From: Patescibacteria group bacterium
Lineage (GTDB): Bacteria > Patescibacteriota > Patescibacteriia > Magasanikbacterales > UBA922
Assembly: GCA_041651535.1 (NCBI GenBank)
Contig: JBAZIZ010000005.1
Span: 26,188 to 90,187, forward strand
DNA: 64,000 bases
Reading direction: 5' to 3'
Shown: positions 49,800 through 59,654 of the stretch, piece by piece
Position numbering within the stretch: position 1 is the first letter of the stretch
Layout of the letters: each line of letters begins with the position of its first letter
Translations under genes and position numbers: made by a program
The notes under the pieces: generated by a model
The model's input: the letters and a program-made list of their open reading frames with translations, nothing else
What the model was told of the DNA's origin: nothing
Database searches by the model: none

Positions 49800-49965
49800 T
49801 AAATGCGAAACAGTAATAAATAAACGTGAGGATTAGCCAAATCATATTTTTTGGCATTTTCCTATTTACGTACAGGAACGGACATCCCGACCGAACGTAA
49901 GTAGGATCCTCACGGACACCTTTTACTGTTTCGCAACTAGGTCGGGTGTCCGTTTTTGTTTTATA
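49800..49965 (+). ncRNA. Candidate structured small RNA at the island boundary
   Basis: Nested and interleaved inverted repeats (cgaaacagtaa/ttactgtttcg; cgtgaggat/atcctcacg; ggacatcccgacc/ggtcgggtgtcc) ending in gtttttgtttt. No ORF. Confidence 0.3.
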
Positions 49966-50004
49966 AAACTGATCCCGATAGTACTAATATAATAATTAAA
50001 AACT

Positions 50005-50451
50005 ATGGACTATCAAAAAATCTGGGATAAAACCCTAAGTAAAGGAGAAGAAGTTAAATATAGCTTCTCTATTGGCGATCGGTATATAAAATTTAATCTC
50101 ATAGCCTGGGGCGTTGTAAGCGTATTTTTATTACCAGCTATGGGATTTGGTGTTTTAACTTTTCTCATAGCACTCTTTTATTATAAATTCTATTTAAGAG
50201 TAGCTAATGCTTATGCTTTCACCAACAAAAGAGTGCTGATTCATACAGGCTGGCTTTCTACCCATTCAACTAGTATTGATTATTCTAAAATTACTGATGT
50301 GCATGTTAGAGAGCCATTCTTTGATAAGGTGGTGACTAAGACTGGCGACATTGCTATAAACACAGCTGGTTCTGGCGCTATCGAAGTAATTTTAAGGCAC
50401 ATTGAGAAACCATATGAGATTAAGAAGCAATTAGATGAAATGAAAGATTAA
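50005..50451 (+). CDS. Bacterial PH-domain (bPH_2, YdbS/YdbT-like) membrane protein
   Basis: Two N-terminal TM helices followed by ...FTNKRVLIHTGWLSTHSTSIDYSKITDVHVREPFFDKVV..., typical of bPH_2. Confidence 0.6.
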   Translation: MDYQKIWDKTLSKGEEVKYSFSIGDRYIKFNLIAWGVVSVFLLPAMGFGVLTFLIALFYYKFYLRVANAYAFTNKRVLIHTGWLSTHSTSIDYSKITDVHVREPFFDKVVTKTGDIAINTAGSGAIEVILRHIEKPYEIKKQLDEMKD

Positions 50452-50560
50452 TTTAAAATATTTGTATATACAAAAAGAGCGGGTTGTTTCCGTTCTTTTT
50501 GTTTACAAATCAATGAAAATCTGGTAAAGTTATAGATGTAAAGTTTTATATATTCGTATT

Positions 50561-50776
50561 ATGAACAATAAAAAAAATCAATCAAAAATTGGTGAAAATA
50601 TAAGGAGACTTCGTCTATATAATAAAATGTCACAAGATGGTTTGTCGAAAAAAGCTGATTTGGCTTTTTATACCATTTCAAAAATAGAAGCAGGGTCTAC
50701 CCCTAATCCCACAATCGAAACAGTAAAGAAAATCGCAGACGCTCTCAGTGTTTCGCTTGATGAACTTTTAAAATAA
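50561..50776 (+). CDS. XRE-family HTH protein; likely controller (C) protein of the downstream RM gene
   Basis: IGENIRRLRLYNKMSQDGLSKKADLAFYTISKIEAGSTPNPTIETVKKIADALSVSLDEL. 71 aa. It ends 5 nt before the RM gene. Confidence 0.7.
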   Translation: MNNKKNQSKIGENIRRLRLYNKMSQDGLSKKADLAFYTISKIEAGSTPNPTIETVKKIADALSVSLDELLK

Positions 50777-50781
50777 TCTAT

Positions 50782-53463
50782 ATGAAAAAAGAAGAGGCAA
50801 AAATACAGATAACAAAACTCATTGAAAAGTATCAACGAGTTGTTGAGGCTGGGAAATTAAAAGATTACAACGAGGCCCAAACAAGAAATGAATTCATTGA
50901 GCCTTTTTTTGAATTCCTTGGATGGGACATGAGAAATTTAACTAATGACAATGAGGTTACCACCGAAGAAAATGTATCTGGAGGTAGAGTCGACTTAGCT
51001 TTTAGACTTAATAATATACCAACATTTTTCTTGGAAGCAAAAGCGATGAAGGTTGATTTGGATGAGTGGAAATGGGCAGAACAAGCTATAAATTACAGTT
51101 GGAACAAGAATGTAACTTGGGCGGTTTTAACTGACTTTGAAAGTATAAAAATTTTTAATGCTGAGATGCCACCAAAAAGCATTTCTCAGAATCTTTTTAT
51201 AGAAATAAAATGCCAAGATTATATTAATCGTTTTGATCAAATTTGGCTTTTATCAAAAGAGAGTTTTGAACAGAAACTCTTAGATAGAGAAGCTCAAAAA
51301 TGGGGTAAGCTTACGCAAAGAAAACAGGTTGGAGAAAAACTTTTTGAAGATTTAATGACTTGGCGCATTTTATTGACTAACGATTTCAAAAAACAGAATA
51401 ATTTATCAGGTGAAGAATTGGATGAAGGAGTACAAAGAATTCTTGATCGTCTCATTTTTATACGAACAGCCGAAGATAGAAAAATTGAACCTAATATACT
51501 CATTGGCATTCCTCGAGGTGGAAGATCAGAGCAGTATAAACAATTAATAAAAGTATTTCGTGATTTTGATGATGGTTTTAACTCTAAACTTTTTGCTCCG
51601 CATTATTGTGAGGAATGGAAAATAAGCGACAAGGTGGTTAGTGAAGTTATTAACGGACTTTATGAAACTAAAGATGGTTATCGATATGATTTTTCTGTAA
51701 TTTCCGCAGATGTATTAGGGGGAATTTATGAACAATATTTAAGTTTTGTTCAGGTTCGTAAAGGCGAAGACAAAACAAAATCAAAGAGAAAATCTCAAGG
51801 GATTTATTATACGCCGAAACATGTTGTGGAGTTTATTATAAAGGAAACTTTAGGGGAAGTTTTAAAGAAAACTAAACCAAAAGATTTTTCAAAAATTAGA
51901 ATTTTAGATCCTGCTTGCGGGTCAGGCTCATTTTTAGGAGCTGCATATGATAAGATTTTGGATACACTAACAAAACAAAGTCCGCAAACTTCACTTTTTG
52001 CTAAATTTAACATCTTAAAAGACAATATTTTTGGAGTTGATCTTGATGTTCAGGCTGTTGAAATAGCTCAACTTAATTTATTGTTAAAAGTGTTATCGCA
52101 AAAAACCAAGCTACCAACATTGCAACATAATTTAGCTTCTGGTAATTCACTTGTTTCTGGAGAAAATGAAAAAATCGAACAATATTTTGGTTTAAATTAT
52201 CGAGAACAAAAACCATTTAACTTTGAGCTGGAATTTAATAACGTTTTTGGTCAAGGTGGCTTTGATGTCGTAATAGGAAATCCGCCATATGTAAGAAATC
52301 GTGAATTGCCTGGTAATCTAAAATCTTTTTACGATAATAACTTCGTTACCGCATCTGGCCAATATGATATTTATCAGTTATTTTTTGAAAAGGCTATAAC
52401 GCTACTTAAAGAAAATGGGTATCTTGGTTTTATTACCTCGAATAAATATGCAATTGCTAATTATGGCGAGAAACTTCGGGAATATATTTTAAAGAATTGT
52501 GAAATTATAAAAATTATTGATGTATCCAATGTTGATGTATTTAAGGATGCTGCAACATATCCCTATATAATAATTCTTCAGAAAAAGAAAAAAATAAACA
52601 AAAAACATAAAATAAAAATAAAGAAGGTCGCAGATCTATCGGAATTATCAGACGGAAAATATGAAGAAATTGAACAGGTTGCGTTTGAAAATAATAAAGG
52701 GAAAACGTTTACTTTAAAAACTTTTCCGACTTTTTTTGATAAAATTGAAAAAGTATCAACAAAACTTGGTGAAATTGCAACGATTAAAGAAACTATACAC
52801 ACTGGAAATGTTAGAAACAAATTAATTGTAGATGAAAAAATTGATAATAACTGTAAGAAGTTGCTGGCTGGCAAAGATTGTCATAGATATAGTTTTGAGT
52901 GGCGAGGAAAATATATTCGTTATGATAAAACTTTAATAGATAAAACCAAGGGAGAATACGGCAACCTTTGTGATTCGAAATATTTTGATAATCCAAAGAT
53001 TCTTTTAAGAGAAATTGCTAACAAAATAGAGTGTTGTTTTGATGAAAATAAATATTATACGCTTAATAAAGTTTATGCAGTGTTGTTAAATGAAAATAAT
53101 TATTCATATCTATACTTATTGGCGCTATTAAACTCAAAATTGCTAACATATTATTTTAGAGAAAAGTTCGAAGAGACTCATGTTAGGGGTGGATATTTGC
53201 AATTTAAAAAAGTTTATACATCTCAAATTCCGATAGCCATAATCAATTTCAAAAATAAAGAAGAAAATAATATCTACAACAAACTTGTCAAGTTGTCGGA
53301 GCAGATGGTAAATCTTCATAAGGAGTTGCAATCTGTGGCTGTTAATACCGACAAATATAACTACTTGAAAGTCGAAATAGAAAAAGTTGATAAAGAAATA
53401 GATGAAGTAGTCTATAAGATTTATGGAATTACTGACGACGAGAAACGTGTAATTGAAAAATAA
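50782..53463 (+). CDS. Type IIG restriction-modification enzyme (MmeI-like: N-terminal PD-(D/E)xK nuclease, gamma-class N6-adenine methyltransferase, C-terminal target-recognition domain)
   Basis: Nuclease motif VDLAF...FLEAKAM. MTase motif I ILDPACGSGSFLGAA and motif IV GNPPYV. 893 aa, the size of MmeI-family enzymes. Confidence 0.75.
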   Translation: MKKEEAKIQITKLIEKYQRVVEAGKLKDYNEAQTRNEFIEPFFEFLGWDMRNLTNDNEVTTEENVSGGRVDLAFRLNNIPTFFLEAKAMKVDLDEWKWAEQAINYSWNKNVTWAVLTDFESIKIFNAEMPPKSISQNLFIEIKCQDYINRFDQIWLLSKESFEQKLLDREAQKWGKLTQRKQVGEKLFEDLMTWRILLTNDFKKQNNLSGEELDEGVQRILDRLIFIRTAEDRKIEPNILIGIPRGGRSEQYKQLIKVFRDFDDGFNSKLFAPHYCEEWKISDKVVSEVINGLYETKDGYRYDFSVISADVLGGIYEQYLSFVQVRKGEDKTKSKRKSQGIYYTPKHVVEFIIKETLGEVLKKTKPKDFSKIRILDPACGSGSFLGAAYDKILDTLTKQSPQTSLFAKFNILKDNIFGVDLDVQAVEIAQLNLLLKVLSQKTKLPTLQHNLASGNSLVSGENEKIEQYFGLNYREQKPFNFELEFNNVFGQGGFDVVIGNPPYVRNRELPGNLKSFYDNNFVTASGQYDIYQLFFEKAITLLKENGYLGFITSNKYAIANYGEKLREYILKNCEIIKIIDVSNVDVFKDAATYPYIIILQKKKKINKKHKIKIKKVADLSELSDGKYEEIEQVAFENNKGKTFTLKTFPTFFDKIEKVSTKLGEIATIKETIHTGNVRNKLIVDEKIDNNCKKLLAGKDCHRYSFEWRGKYIRYDKTLIDKTKGEYGNLCDSKYFDNPKILLREIANKIECCFDENKYYTLNKVYAVLLNENNYSYLYLLALLNSKLLTYYFREKFEETHVRGGYLQFKKVYTSQIPIAIINFKNKEENNIYNKLVKLSEQMVNLHKELQSVAVNTDKYNYLKVEIEKVDKEIDEVVYKIYGITDDEKRVIEK

Positions 53464-54350
53464 TGAACATTTTATCTCTTATTGCTAGTGAGTTGAATGG
53501 TAGAGAAATGGCTGTTTTGGTTTGGCTTTTGCTTTTTATTTGTTATGGCGTTTTTCAAAAAAATTTTCGTAGTTCATTTTTAGCTGTTTTAAAATCGTTT
53601 TTTCAAATTAAAATAATTGCCGTTTTCGTAGCAATGTTGTTTTATGTTTCCTTAATTCTGTGGGGCTTATATATTATTAAAATCTGGGATTTATATTTAG
53701 TAAAAGATACTATATTTTGGCTATTTGGTTCAGCCTTTATTCTTCTTTTAAATAGCAATAAAGCTATTCAGAATGATAACCATTTCAAAAATGTTTTAAA
53801 AGACAACATTAGATTAGTGATCTTTCTTGAATTTATTCTCACATTTTACTCCTTTGGTTTTTTAGTTGAAATGATCTTTGTTCCAATAATGTTTATTATT
53901 GTGTCTATGGGTATTTTAGCAGATATTAAAACAGAATATTCACAAATTAAAAAAATTATTGGTTCATTCTTGTCTATAATTACTATACTCCTTATTGTAT
54001 TTTTTGTTTACAAAGTAATTGATGATTATCAAAGCTTCTTATCATTAAATAATTTACGTTCATTTTTCATCCCGTTAATTCTTTCCTTTCTGTTTATGCC
54101 ATTTTTATATTTGTTTGCTGTAGTTATGGCTTATGATGATTTTTTTAGTCGATTAAAATTATTTTTAAGGAGTGACCAGATAATATACCAATATACAAAA
54201 AAACAAGTTATTAGATTATGCTTTTTTAATTTAAGCAAGCTTAATAAATTTTCTAGAAAAAATTCATCGGAGTTACAAAAAATCAAAAATAAGAGTGATG
54301 TAGAAAATATGATTTATCAATTTAAGATCGAATATTCGGATAGAATATAA
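53463..54350 (+). CDS. Hypothetical multi-pass membrane protein translationally coupled to the RM gene
   Basis: ATG overlaps the RM stop by 1 nt. 295 aa with about 6 TM helices. Confidence 0.4.
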   Translation: MNILSLIASELNGREMAVLVWLLLFICYGVFQKNFRSSFLAVLKSFFQIKIIAVFVAMLFYVSLILWGLYIIKIWDLYLVKDTIFWLFGSAFILLLNSNKAIQNDNHFKNVLKDNIRLVIFLEFILTFYSFGFLVEMIFVPIMFIIVSMGILADIKTEYSQIKKIIGSFLSIITILLIVFFVYKVIDDYQSFLSLNNLRSFFIPLILSFLFMPFLYLFAVVMAYDDFFSRLKLFLRSDQIIYQYTKKQVIRLCFFNLSKLNKFSRKNSSELQKIKNKSDVENMIYQFKIEYSDRI

Positions 54351-54372
54351 GATATTGTATAGCATTTAATTT

Positions 54373-55710
54373 TTATTCTTCTAACAGTGTCAACCTCTTT
54401 TCTTTTAGTACAATCCTACTTCTTAAATTAGCCAGCAGTTCTCGTTTCTCAATAGCACTGCCTTCCTTGAGGACATATTTGGCGTAGTCTTTCATATCCA
54501 CATCTTGTCTTTTGGATTTAATCGGCTTCTCGCCGAAGACTATGCCTTGAAATTTATTAAACCTCTCAACTTCCAGCTCTAACTTATTAAGCATACCCAG
54601 TTCGTTAATACTGACCCTATCTATTATCCTCAGCAGTTCAGCAATCAATTCTTCTTCTCTTATGTATTTATTTTTGCAGAATCTGTCTTTGCCCCGTGAG
54701 CATCCATAATAAATATAATGAGCAGTTGTACCGTCTTTTAGTTGTTTGTATTTGCTTTCCGCTGATATACCTGATCCGCAGAGTCCGCAAGTTATTAATT
54801 TAGTGAAGGCAAACTCTTTGCTTTCTCTTTGAATATTATCTCTCTTTAACTGCGCCTTAGCTTTCTCGAATAGTTCTTGAGTAATAATTGGCTTATGCTT
54901 TCCTTGATACCAATTACCACTGCCAGTCGGTCGTTCAAAGACGCCGTAGTAGAAAGTGTTATCTAACACTCTGTATATTCCGCTTAGAGTTAGAGGCTTA
55001 TTACCTCTGGTATAGAAGTTTAATTCATGGGTTAGCCAGTGATATAATCTTCGTCCGCTGTATTTTTCATAAGCAACTTTTTCAAACATCTGTTTAATAA
55101 CAGGCGCTCGTTTAGGATCAATAATCACTTGGCATTTTTTGTCATTGCGGTTTTGGTTTAAGTATCCCAGAGGTGCTACTCCAACCCATAACCCCATTTC
55201 CGCTCTAGTCCTTAATCCTCGTCTAACATTAACGCCCCTGTTGTCGTTTTCTAACTTAGCTTGCGATCCTAGAATCATCAGTAAGAATTTTTCATTAGGG
55301 TTATTAGAAAACTTCTGGCCGTAGGTTCTAATTTCTTTTAACACCCCTTGATCCATTAAATCGACAATAGCGCCAAGGTCGCCAGCGTTTCTACTGATAC
55401 GATCAGGCGCCCAAGTAAGGATGGCATTGAATTTGCCTTGCCTGATGTCGCCGATCAGCTCATTAAAAACCTGGCGTTGACCAGTCTCTTTGGCGCTATG
55501 GGATTCACGCTTAATTTCGACCACATTCAAGTTTTCTTTGACCGCCAAATCCAACATCTCTTTGACTTGGCTGTCTATTGAAAGAACTTGCCGTTCTTCC
55601 GATTCCGTCGACTTTCTGGCATAGAGGCAGTATTTCGGCGGTTCCTCGGGCTTTTGATTTGTTGTTGGAGCTTGTAGCCCGCCCAGCCCCGGGTAATTTA
55701 CGTTTATCAT
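54373..55710 (-). CDS. Large serine recombinase (integrase)
   Basis: Resolvase catalytic domain with YARKSTESEE (nucleophilic Ser), recombinase domain, zinc-ribbon CGLCG...YYGC, coiled-coil C-terminus. 445 aa. Confidence 0.8.
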   Translation of the reverse strand: MINVNYPGLGGLQAPTTNQKPEEPPKYCLYARKSTESEERQVLSIDSQVKEMLDLAVKENLNVVEIKRESHSAKETGQRQVFNELIGDIRQGKFNAILTWAPDRISRNAGDLGAIVDLMDQGVLKEIRTYGQKFSNNPNEKFLLMILGSQAKLENDNRGVNVRRGLRTRAEMGLWVGVAPLGYLNQNRNDKKCQVIIDPKRAPVIKQMFEKVAYEKYSGRRLYHWLTHELNFYTRGNKPLTLSGIYRVLDNTFYYGVFERPTGSGNWYQGKHKPIITQELFEKAKAQLKRDNIQRESKEFAFTKLITCGLCGSGISAESKYKQLKDGTTAHYIYYGCSRGKDRFCKNKYIREEELIAELLRIIDRVSINELGMLNKLELEVERFNKFQGIVFGEKPIKSKRQDVDMKDYAKYVLKEGSAIEKRELLANLRSRIVLKEKRLTLLEE

Positions 55711-55795
55711 ATACTACAATGAATGACGCAAAGAACCCAGGGCGTCTAGACCACTAGCTGTTGGTAACTAAAGCCCTTAAAAGTCTTAAGATTCC

Positions 55796-57298
55796 TTATA
55801 TATAATCCCAATCATATTTATTACCTTGCTGTCCAGTAATTCTAATCGCTCGTCCTTCATTAGGATCTCTACCTATCCTTGCTTCACCGCTTAAGTCATC
55901 AATTACTCCTAATATGGCATAAACAAAGGCATCAGCTAAATCATCATGTTTCTCGGCACCCATGGCTACTATTTGCCTGATTAAAATATCGCTACCTTCT
56001 TTAGGGAAGAGTATAGTGCCATTTTTGATCAAATGAGTAATTGATCTAAGTCTAGCAATCTTACTTAAACCGCCAGGCTTCATTTCCTTTACTGGGATGT
56101 TTTTGCTTTTTAAGTGTTGGGACAAGGCTGTTTGATAATTAACACTCTCAATACATAGTTTAGTCGGACTTGATGATAAAGCATTTGATCTTATCATACA
56201 AGCTTCAACTTGTGCTGGAAAATCTAGCCTTTCGTTTAACATGTCTGGCAACACATATATTCTTCTTGATTCTCCGTACCCATAAACCTTTACAGATACA
56301 AACGCCGTAAAATCGCCTTCTTCAGAAATCGCTAAATCTACTCCAGTCAATATCCTTTTGCAATCTTCGTATCCAGGAATTGAATCATAATAATGTATCC
56401 AGTCTGGTTTAACTACCCAGTCTTCGCCTGGAATTATTTTTAACATAAACTCTCTTTGATAAGCCGCCTCATTGGCGGTTTTCTGGTGTTCTAGTTCTAT
56501 ATCGTCCATACTTCGATATTTACCAGGCCAAATGATTTCTTCATTTTCACCAAGAAGAGGATATTGTTTATATATACCATTCATTTTATTATTTTCAATC
56601 ATTTTTCTAATGCGCATCAGGAGAGAATCTTCATGTAGCAAGTTGCCGACAAATATGAATTGAGCGCCTTTGTCTCCGATAGACATTACTTCGCTCATTA
56701 CCCAGTTAAATGTTTTGTCTCGCATCTCTTGAGTTTTAACTGAATGCAAATCTTCTACATCATCTAGAATTACTAAGTCGGGACGATGAGAACCGTGTTT
56801 CATTCCTCTAATGCTTTGGTCAATCGAGGCGGCAGTGATCCTGGCGTTATATTTAGGAATAACCAAAGAAAAGGAGCGCCATTCGTCACTTTCTTCCTGA
56901 AATGGTCCAAGGTCATTTCTCAATAGCTCATTTCGCTCAAGTTCTTCCTTTATGTTTTTTAGGTGTTGTTTGGCCTGGGGCATTGTTTGTGCGAGTATCA
57001 AGATGAACTTTCTTTGTTTTTTGCCAAGTATCGACCAAATAGGCATTGATGTCGTCATGATCGTACTTTTACCACTACCTCTAAAAGCAACAAATACAGC
57101 CGTTGTCCAATTGTCACGTTCTGTAATATCAAACATTTCATAATGGAAAGGAGCAACCTCATAAGTTACGTGTTGAGCTAAGTAAATAAGAAAAAACCAA
57201 AGATGACTATTTTTAGTTACCTCACGTCGGACAACCCGACGTTTAATAATTTCTGGCGTAATACCTAAAATACTGTTTGTCTTATTTAAAGTGTTCAT
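55796..57298 (-). CDS. Phage terminase large subunit
   Basis: Walker A FRGSGKST, Walker B DLVILDDVED, C-terminal RNase-H-like nuclease region. 500 aa. Confidence 0.7.
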   Translation of the reverse strand: MNTLNKTNSILGITPEIIKRRVVRREVTKNSHLWFFLIYLAQHVTYEVAPFHYEMFDITERDNWTTAVFVAFRGSGKSTIMTTSMPIWSILGKKQRKFILILAQTMPQAKQHLKNIKEELERNELLRNDLGPFQEESDEWRSFSLVIPKYNARITAASIDQSIRGMKHGSHRPDLVILDDVEDLHSVKTQEMRDKTFNWVMSEVMSIGDKGAQFIFVGNLLHEDSLLMRIRKMIENNKMNGIYKQYPLLGENEEIIWPGKYRSMDDIELEHQKTANEAAYQREFMLKIIPGEDWVVKPDWIHYYDSIPGYEDCKRILTGVDLAISEEGDFTAFVSVKVYGYGESRRIYVLPDMLNERLDFPAQVEACMIRSNALSSSPTKLCIESVNYQTALSQHLKSKNIPVKEMKPGGLSKIARLRSITHLIKNGTILFPKEGSDILIRQIVAMGAEKHDDLADAFVYAILGVIDDLSGEARIGRDPNEGRAIRITGQQGNKYDWDYI

Positions 57299-57690
57299 AC
57301 GTTTTCTTTTGGATTGTTTTTAAAGGAAGCCAGCTCAAGAGCTTTTTTAACGAGTTCTTCTTGTTCTGGAGTCAGTTGATCACTGACACTTAGATTGCCA
57401 CTCAGCTCTATCTTATTGGCATAAGCCTTATGATGGTGCTTGAGCCAAAACATTACCGCTGTAATGTTTCTTTCTTTAATAGCTTGGAGTAGTTGACTTT
57501 CGGCAATATCAGTGATTAATCCGCTTCCTTCAGTGACTGCCTCGTCGACTTCGAGAGCAAAGACTGGATCTTCCTTCTTCCAGCGGTACAGCGAGGCTCG
57601 GGATATTCCCGAGCGCTCGCAGGCCAGCTGAATGATTGGAGTTTTACGCAATATCTCCAAAAAGCGCTTTCTGGCTTCTTTGCTAATCAT
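57295..57690 (-). CDS. Phage terminase small subunit (HTH type)
   Basis: HTH GISRASLYRWKKEDPVF followed by ...AVMFWLKHHHKAYANKIEL, typical of P27-type TerS. It overlaps the TerL start by 4 nt. Confidence 0.6.
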   Translation of the reverse strand: MISKEARKRFLEILRKTPIIQLACERSGISRASLYRWKKEDPVFALEVDEAVTEGSGLITDIAESQLLQAIKERNITAVMFWLKHHHKAYANKIELSGNLSVSDQLTPEQEELVKKALELASFKNNPKENV

Positions 57691-57697
57691 ATAAGTC

Positions 57698-59026
57698 CTA
57701 ATTAATTTTTTTAGCTTTAAGCCCAGTTAACTTTTCCCAACGCTTGCGGATTACTTCGGCATAGACAGGAGATTTTTCCATAATAAAACAGCGCCTGCCA
57801 AGTTTAGTTGAGGCGATAAGAGTCGATCCACTACCACCGAACGGCTCAACAACGATATCATTTCTTTTGGTTAAGACTTTGATATATGGAATAAGGATCT
57901 CAATTGGCTTAGTGCCAAAGATAATTCCTTGGCCTGATGATTTCTCATCAGAAGCATTAAACTCAATGAAGTCGGTTGGACAATATTTTTTGCCCTTCTC
58001 ATATGATTCCCAATTAGGCCTACCAGAAGTAGCATAAAGAGCCGCCATAAATTCATTCTGCAGTAGTTCATCGTCTTCTGGCTCATCATTCATCTTGAAA
58101 TCAGGCGTTGATCCTAGCATGGCAAAATCATACTTGTTAAAAAACTTATATTTAGAAGCAAACCCTTGGACTCGGTTAGGTAAATGCCAAATAATGAGAT
58201 TCCGTATCTTCCAGCGCTTAGCTACTTCTGCCCACATGATCGGCAGATTTTTCCAACATTCATATGACAGGATGGAAAAATCTTCTTTAGCAACTTCTTG
58301 GATATTATCCATCCATAGCTCAACAAAGTTATCGGGTAAACTATCAGTTTCTAAGTATTTACGATCACGCTTCAAACCGAAGCCTTCTGTCGGTTGCCCG
58401 TTTTTCTTCTTGCCATGCAAGTAATCCAAAATATATGGTTCATCGGTACAGCACATATCCGCCTTTTCTCCATCCATGAGCTTGAGCACGTCGACTTCAA
58501 TAGTACTATCACCGCACATTAGTCTTGATCCGTTTAGGTCATAGACATCGCCTTTCTGAATCTCAATATTTTTAATATCCAGCTTTTCCAATTCTTTCTT
58601 CAGGTCGAATACTTCAGGAACATCTTCGATATCAAAAATGTCATCCAACTCCTCGGAAGAGAAGCCGACATCTTTAAGGAAGTTTTCATCAAATTTAGCT
58701 AGCAGTTCAAAATCAAAATCACCAGTATTTTTGTTCAGACGGATATTGAGTTCTTTTTCTTTCTCAATATCGGAAATATGAACATAGACGACTGGTACTT
58801 CTTGATAGTTTAGTTCTTTAAGAACTTCCAAGCGGAAGTGTCCACCTATGAGAATATTTTTTCGTTCATCGGCACTATTGGCGATGAGCGGATCTACACA
58901 ACCATATTTCTTAATGGATTCTTTGAGCTGATCCATTTGTTCTTGGCTGTGCTTGCGAGGATTGTATTCGCTCGCTTTCAAGTCCATGATCGGGACTTGG
59001 ACGATTTGCAACGTGTTGCTTGTCAT
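57698..59026 (-). CDS. ParB-like nuclease domain fused to a DNA N4/N6 methyltransferase
   Basis: N-terminal ParB/Srx motif (KASEYNPRKHS...DPLIAN). C-terminal MTase with TDEPY (DPPY-like) and VVEPFGGSGSTLIAS motif I. Confidence 0.7.
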   Translation of the reverse strand: MTSNTLQIVQVPIMDLKASEYNPRKHSQEQMDQLKESIKKYGCVDPLIANSADERKNILIGGHFRLEVLKELNYQEVPVVYVHISDIEKEKELNIRLNKNTGDFDFELLAKFDENFLKDVGFSSEELDDIFDIEDVPEVFDLKKELEKLDIKNIEIQKGDVYDLNGSRLMCGDSTIEVDVLKLMDGEKADMCCTDEPYILDYLHGKKKNGQPTEGFGLKRDRKYLETDSLPDNFVELWMDNIQEVAKEDFSILSYECWKNLPIMWAEVAKRWKIRNLIIWHLPNRVQGFASKYKFFNKYDFAMLGSTPDFKMNDEPEDDELLQNEFMAALYATSGRPNWESYEKGKKYCPTDFIEFNASDEKSSGQGIIFGTKPIEILIPYIKVLTKRNDIVVEPFGGSGSTLIASTKLGRRCFIMEKSPVYAEVIRKRWEKLTGLKAKKIN

Positions 59027-59418
59027 ACATTTTAAAGTTAGTTAATTAGCTTGGCGTTAATAAAAAAGACGCCCGTCTTATCGACTGCGTCTTATACATA
59101 AAAACGTATAGACAAGTTGTTGGTAAAAAATAACCAATAACTTTCAGTCAAAAAGACTAAAACGGACAATAGTGTTTGTCCTGACAGTGGTTATTTTTTT
59201 ATTAGCATTTCGCTAATTGCCAACTTTCAAGAACTATTTTAGCACTTACTGAAATAGCGGTCAAATCTTGGAAGTCGATTTTTTGGCTAAAGTAAGGGGT
59301 AATTTGTCAAGACGGTAAATGATTTTGCTCATTTTTTCTTTATATTTTAGCCATTTTCTATCTTTACATTATGTAAAAAATAGTGTAAAGTAGTGTTAAG
59401 TTAAGATTATTATATTTT

Positions 59419-59610
59419 ATGACCAAAAATAGCAAAGATGAGATAATAACTTTAAGCCAGGCTTGTGAATTATTACACTGCCACCCCAACACTCTGCGCA
59501 AGTGGGATAACAAGGGATTTTTAAAAGCGATAAGGTTCGGCGTGCGTGGTGATAGAAGATATCACAGGGTTGATATCGAAAAATTAATTTTGGAAATGAA
59601 GAATAAATAA
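59419..59610 (+). CDS. Excisionase-like/MerR-type HTH protein (candidate recombination directionality factor)
   Basis: ITLSQACELLHCHPNTLRKWDNKGFLKAIRFGVRGDRRYHRVDIEKL fits the HTH_17/excisionase pattern. Divergent from the recombinase-terminase operon. Confidence 0.5.
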   Translation: MTKNSKDEIITLSQACELLHCHPNTLRKWDNKGFLKAIRFGVRGDRRYHRVDIEKLILEMKNK

Positions 59611-59654
59611 ATGCAATGTTAAAATAATAAGAATGTAGACAGTTAAGTTTTAAT

